Shown one piece after another: positions 15,515 to 16,633 of a stretch of 16,633 nucleotides of DNA (position 1 is its first letter; every line of letters starts with the position of its first letter). The stretch covers positions 1 to 16,633 of the forward strand of contig DAHWIF010000012.1 of NCBI GenBank assembly GCA_027345565.1, read 5' to 3'. The notes below the pieces were generated by a model. That model did no database searches, was not told the DNA's origin, and saw only the letters and a list, made by a program, of their open reading frames with translations. Source of the DNA: Candidatus Micrarchaeota archaeon. GTDB lineage: Archaea; Micrarchaeota; Micrarchaeia; Micrarchaeales; Micrarchaeaceae. The translations under genes and the position numbers were made by a program.

Positions 15515-15580
15515 TATAAATACCATTTGGCTGCCTTCCGCTAAACCGGTTTGCAGAGGAGAAGGCGCAAGCTTATTAAA
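15515..15580. promoter_or_regulatory. Divergent promoters with a central palindrome AAACCGGTTT
   Basis: Minus-strand TTTATA (15515-15520), perfect 10-bp palindrome at 15543-15552, plus-strand TTATTAAA (15573-15580). Confidence 0.5.
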
Positions 15581-15620
15581 TTGTTTTGATATATACATCT
15601 GAGCGACTTGAGGTGTGTGC

Positions 15621-15872
15621 ATGGTAAAATACATCATTGCGAAACAGCTGGTAGGGAAACGCGTGGTAACGACAGACGGATACGACCTTGGTAGGTTTGT
15701 CGACGCTGAGATAAGCGAAGTGACAGGCAAAATCAATGCTATGCTTGTCGAACCGAGCTTGGACGGCGGACTGGCGAACAAGGTCAAAGTAGATGGTGGC
15801 ACAGTAAGGGTGCCGTACAGCTCTGTTAAGGCTGTCAACGATTTCATCATGGTTGATAGGAAGGACCTGTAA
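15621..15872 (+). CDS. Stand-alone PRC-barrel protein (CdpB-like), 83 aa
   Basis: L.GK.V.T.DG..LG...D..I....GKI....V.P...VPYS.V.AV.D.IMV is the archaeal PRC-barrel signature. GAGGTG SD at 15610-15615. Confidence 0.88.
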   Translation: MVKYIIAKQLVGKRVVTTDGYDLGRFVDAEISEVTGKINAMLVEPSLDGGLANKVKVDGGTVRVPYSSVKAVNDFIMVDRKDL

Positions 15873-15916
15873 TCCGCTTATCCTGGCTCGTTGCGTGCTG
15901 TGAGGTGCTGTGCTGT

Positions 15917-16612
15917 ATGATAATCTGCGGTGGTGACGAGGCTGGGAGGGGTGCGCTGATCGGACCATTAGTCGTAGCCATCGTGTCGGTAAGGAAGAGC
16001 AGCGAGCACAAGCTCGCGGACATAGGCGTGAGGGATTCGAAGCTCCTCTCGAGGAGGAGGCGCGAGAGCCTATACGATGCCATAAAGGGCATAGCCCAGG
16101 ACGTAAAGGTCAGCAAGATATACCCAAAAGAGATAAACGAGGCGATGCGGAGCGGGGTGTCGTTGAACGAGCTCGAGGCGATGCACTTCGCGAGGCTTTT
16201 CGACAGGCTCAGCGGCACTGTCGGCTCGCTTTACCTTGATTCGCCGGATGTGATAGCAGAGAGGTTCGGGATGCGGATAAACATGCTGTCAAAGAGGCCT
16301 ACAAGGATAAAGGGCATAAGCCAGAAGGGCGAGAAGGGGGTGAGCTACACAAAGGTGATAGCCGAGCACAAGGCGGATTCGAAGTACCCAGTCGTATCTG
16401 CGGCAAGCATAATAGCGAAGGTGGAGAGAGACTGGGAGATAGACAGGATAGCTGACGAGGTCGGCATAGACCTCGGTTCGGGGTATCCGGCAGATGCGTA
16501 TACAATAGGCGCGATAAAGGAGAACCTGAAGAGCGAAGCGCTGAAGCGACACATAAGGCAGTACTGGTAGACGATGGACGAGATAAAGCAGACAAGGCTT
16601 GTGAACTTCTAG
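15917..16612 (+). CDS. rnhB: Ribonuclease HII. Frame is interrupted by an in-frame TAG at 16568-16570, with a PIP-box tail continuing to 16612
   Basis: GDEAGRG..IGP, GVRDSK, N.LE, YLDSPD, EHKADSKYPVVSAASIIAKVERD and GSGYP motifs. GAGGTG SD. 217 aa to the first TAG, 231 aa if read through (…IRQYW*TMDEIKQTRLVNF). Confidence 0.93.
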
Positions 16613-16633
16613 GTTTCAGTAGATAGATGAGCT

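Noticed and set aside
15494-15850. Long N-terminal extension of the wHTH ORF (242 aa in the track)
   Set aside because: It is antisense to the PRC-barrel gene. The TATA position supports ATG 15493.
7655-16612. Genome-wide reassignment of TAG to an amino acid
   Set aside because: TAG terminates nrdJ exactly at its typical C-terminal motif and also ends the SecB-like, Zn-ribbon and wHTH genes and the rnhB tail. No other in-frame TAG is seen in the long genes.
1-16633. tRNA, rRNA, CRISPR array, transposase or integrase
   Set aside because: Intergenic gaps are short, and no cloverleaf, regularly spaced repeats or recombinase motifs were seen.

Overview
Archaeal chromosomal window. Evidence is GGTG/GAGGTG Shine-Dalgarno motifs, TATA-box promoters, and archaeal-type Nop5, PheRS, PolB, type II MetAP and RNase HII. 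The compact layout and protein styles suggest a DPANN, possibly Micrarchaeota-like, genome, which is an inference only. Gene order: 3' end of nop5; a radical SAM protein of the tetraether lipid synthase (Tes/GDGT-MAS) family with a Cys/Gly tail, followed by an HMA-fold protein carrying MxDxxH instead of MxCxxC and a 55-aa ORF; pheT, pheS and a membrane-anchored glycoprotein (minus strand); a SecB-like ORF, polB, a lower-GC Nudix gene and map; class II ribonucleotide reductase (minus); a small Cys-rich Zn-ribbon ORF; a hypothetical protein; an Ig-like protein with an N-terminal amphipathic helix; a divergent winged-helix/PRC-barrel pair; and rnhB. The most notable observations are the putative Tes operon with a non-canonical HMA partner, an in-frame TAG in rnhB that separates the enzyme from an intact-looking PIP box, a U8 tract in the short nrdJ leader, and a possible cell-division micro-cluster. 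No rRNA, tRNA, CRISPR array or mobile element was recognised.
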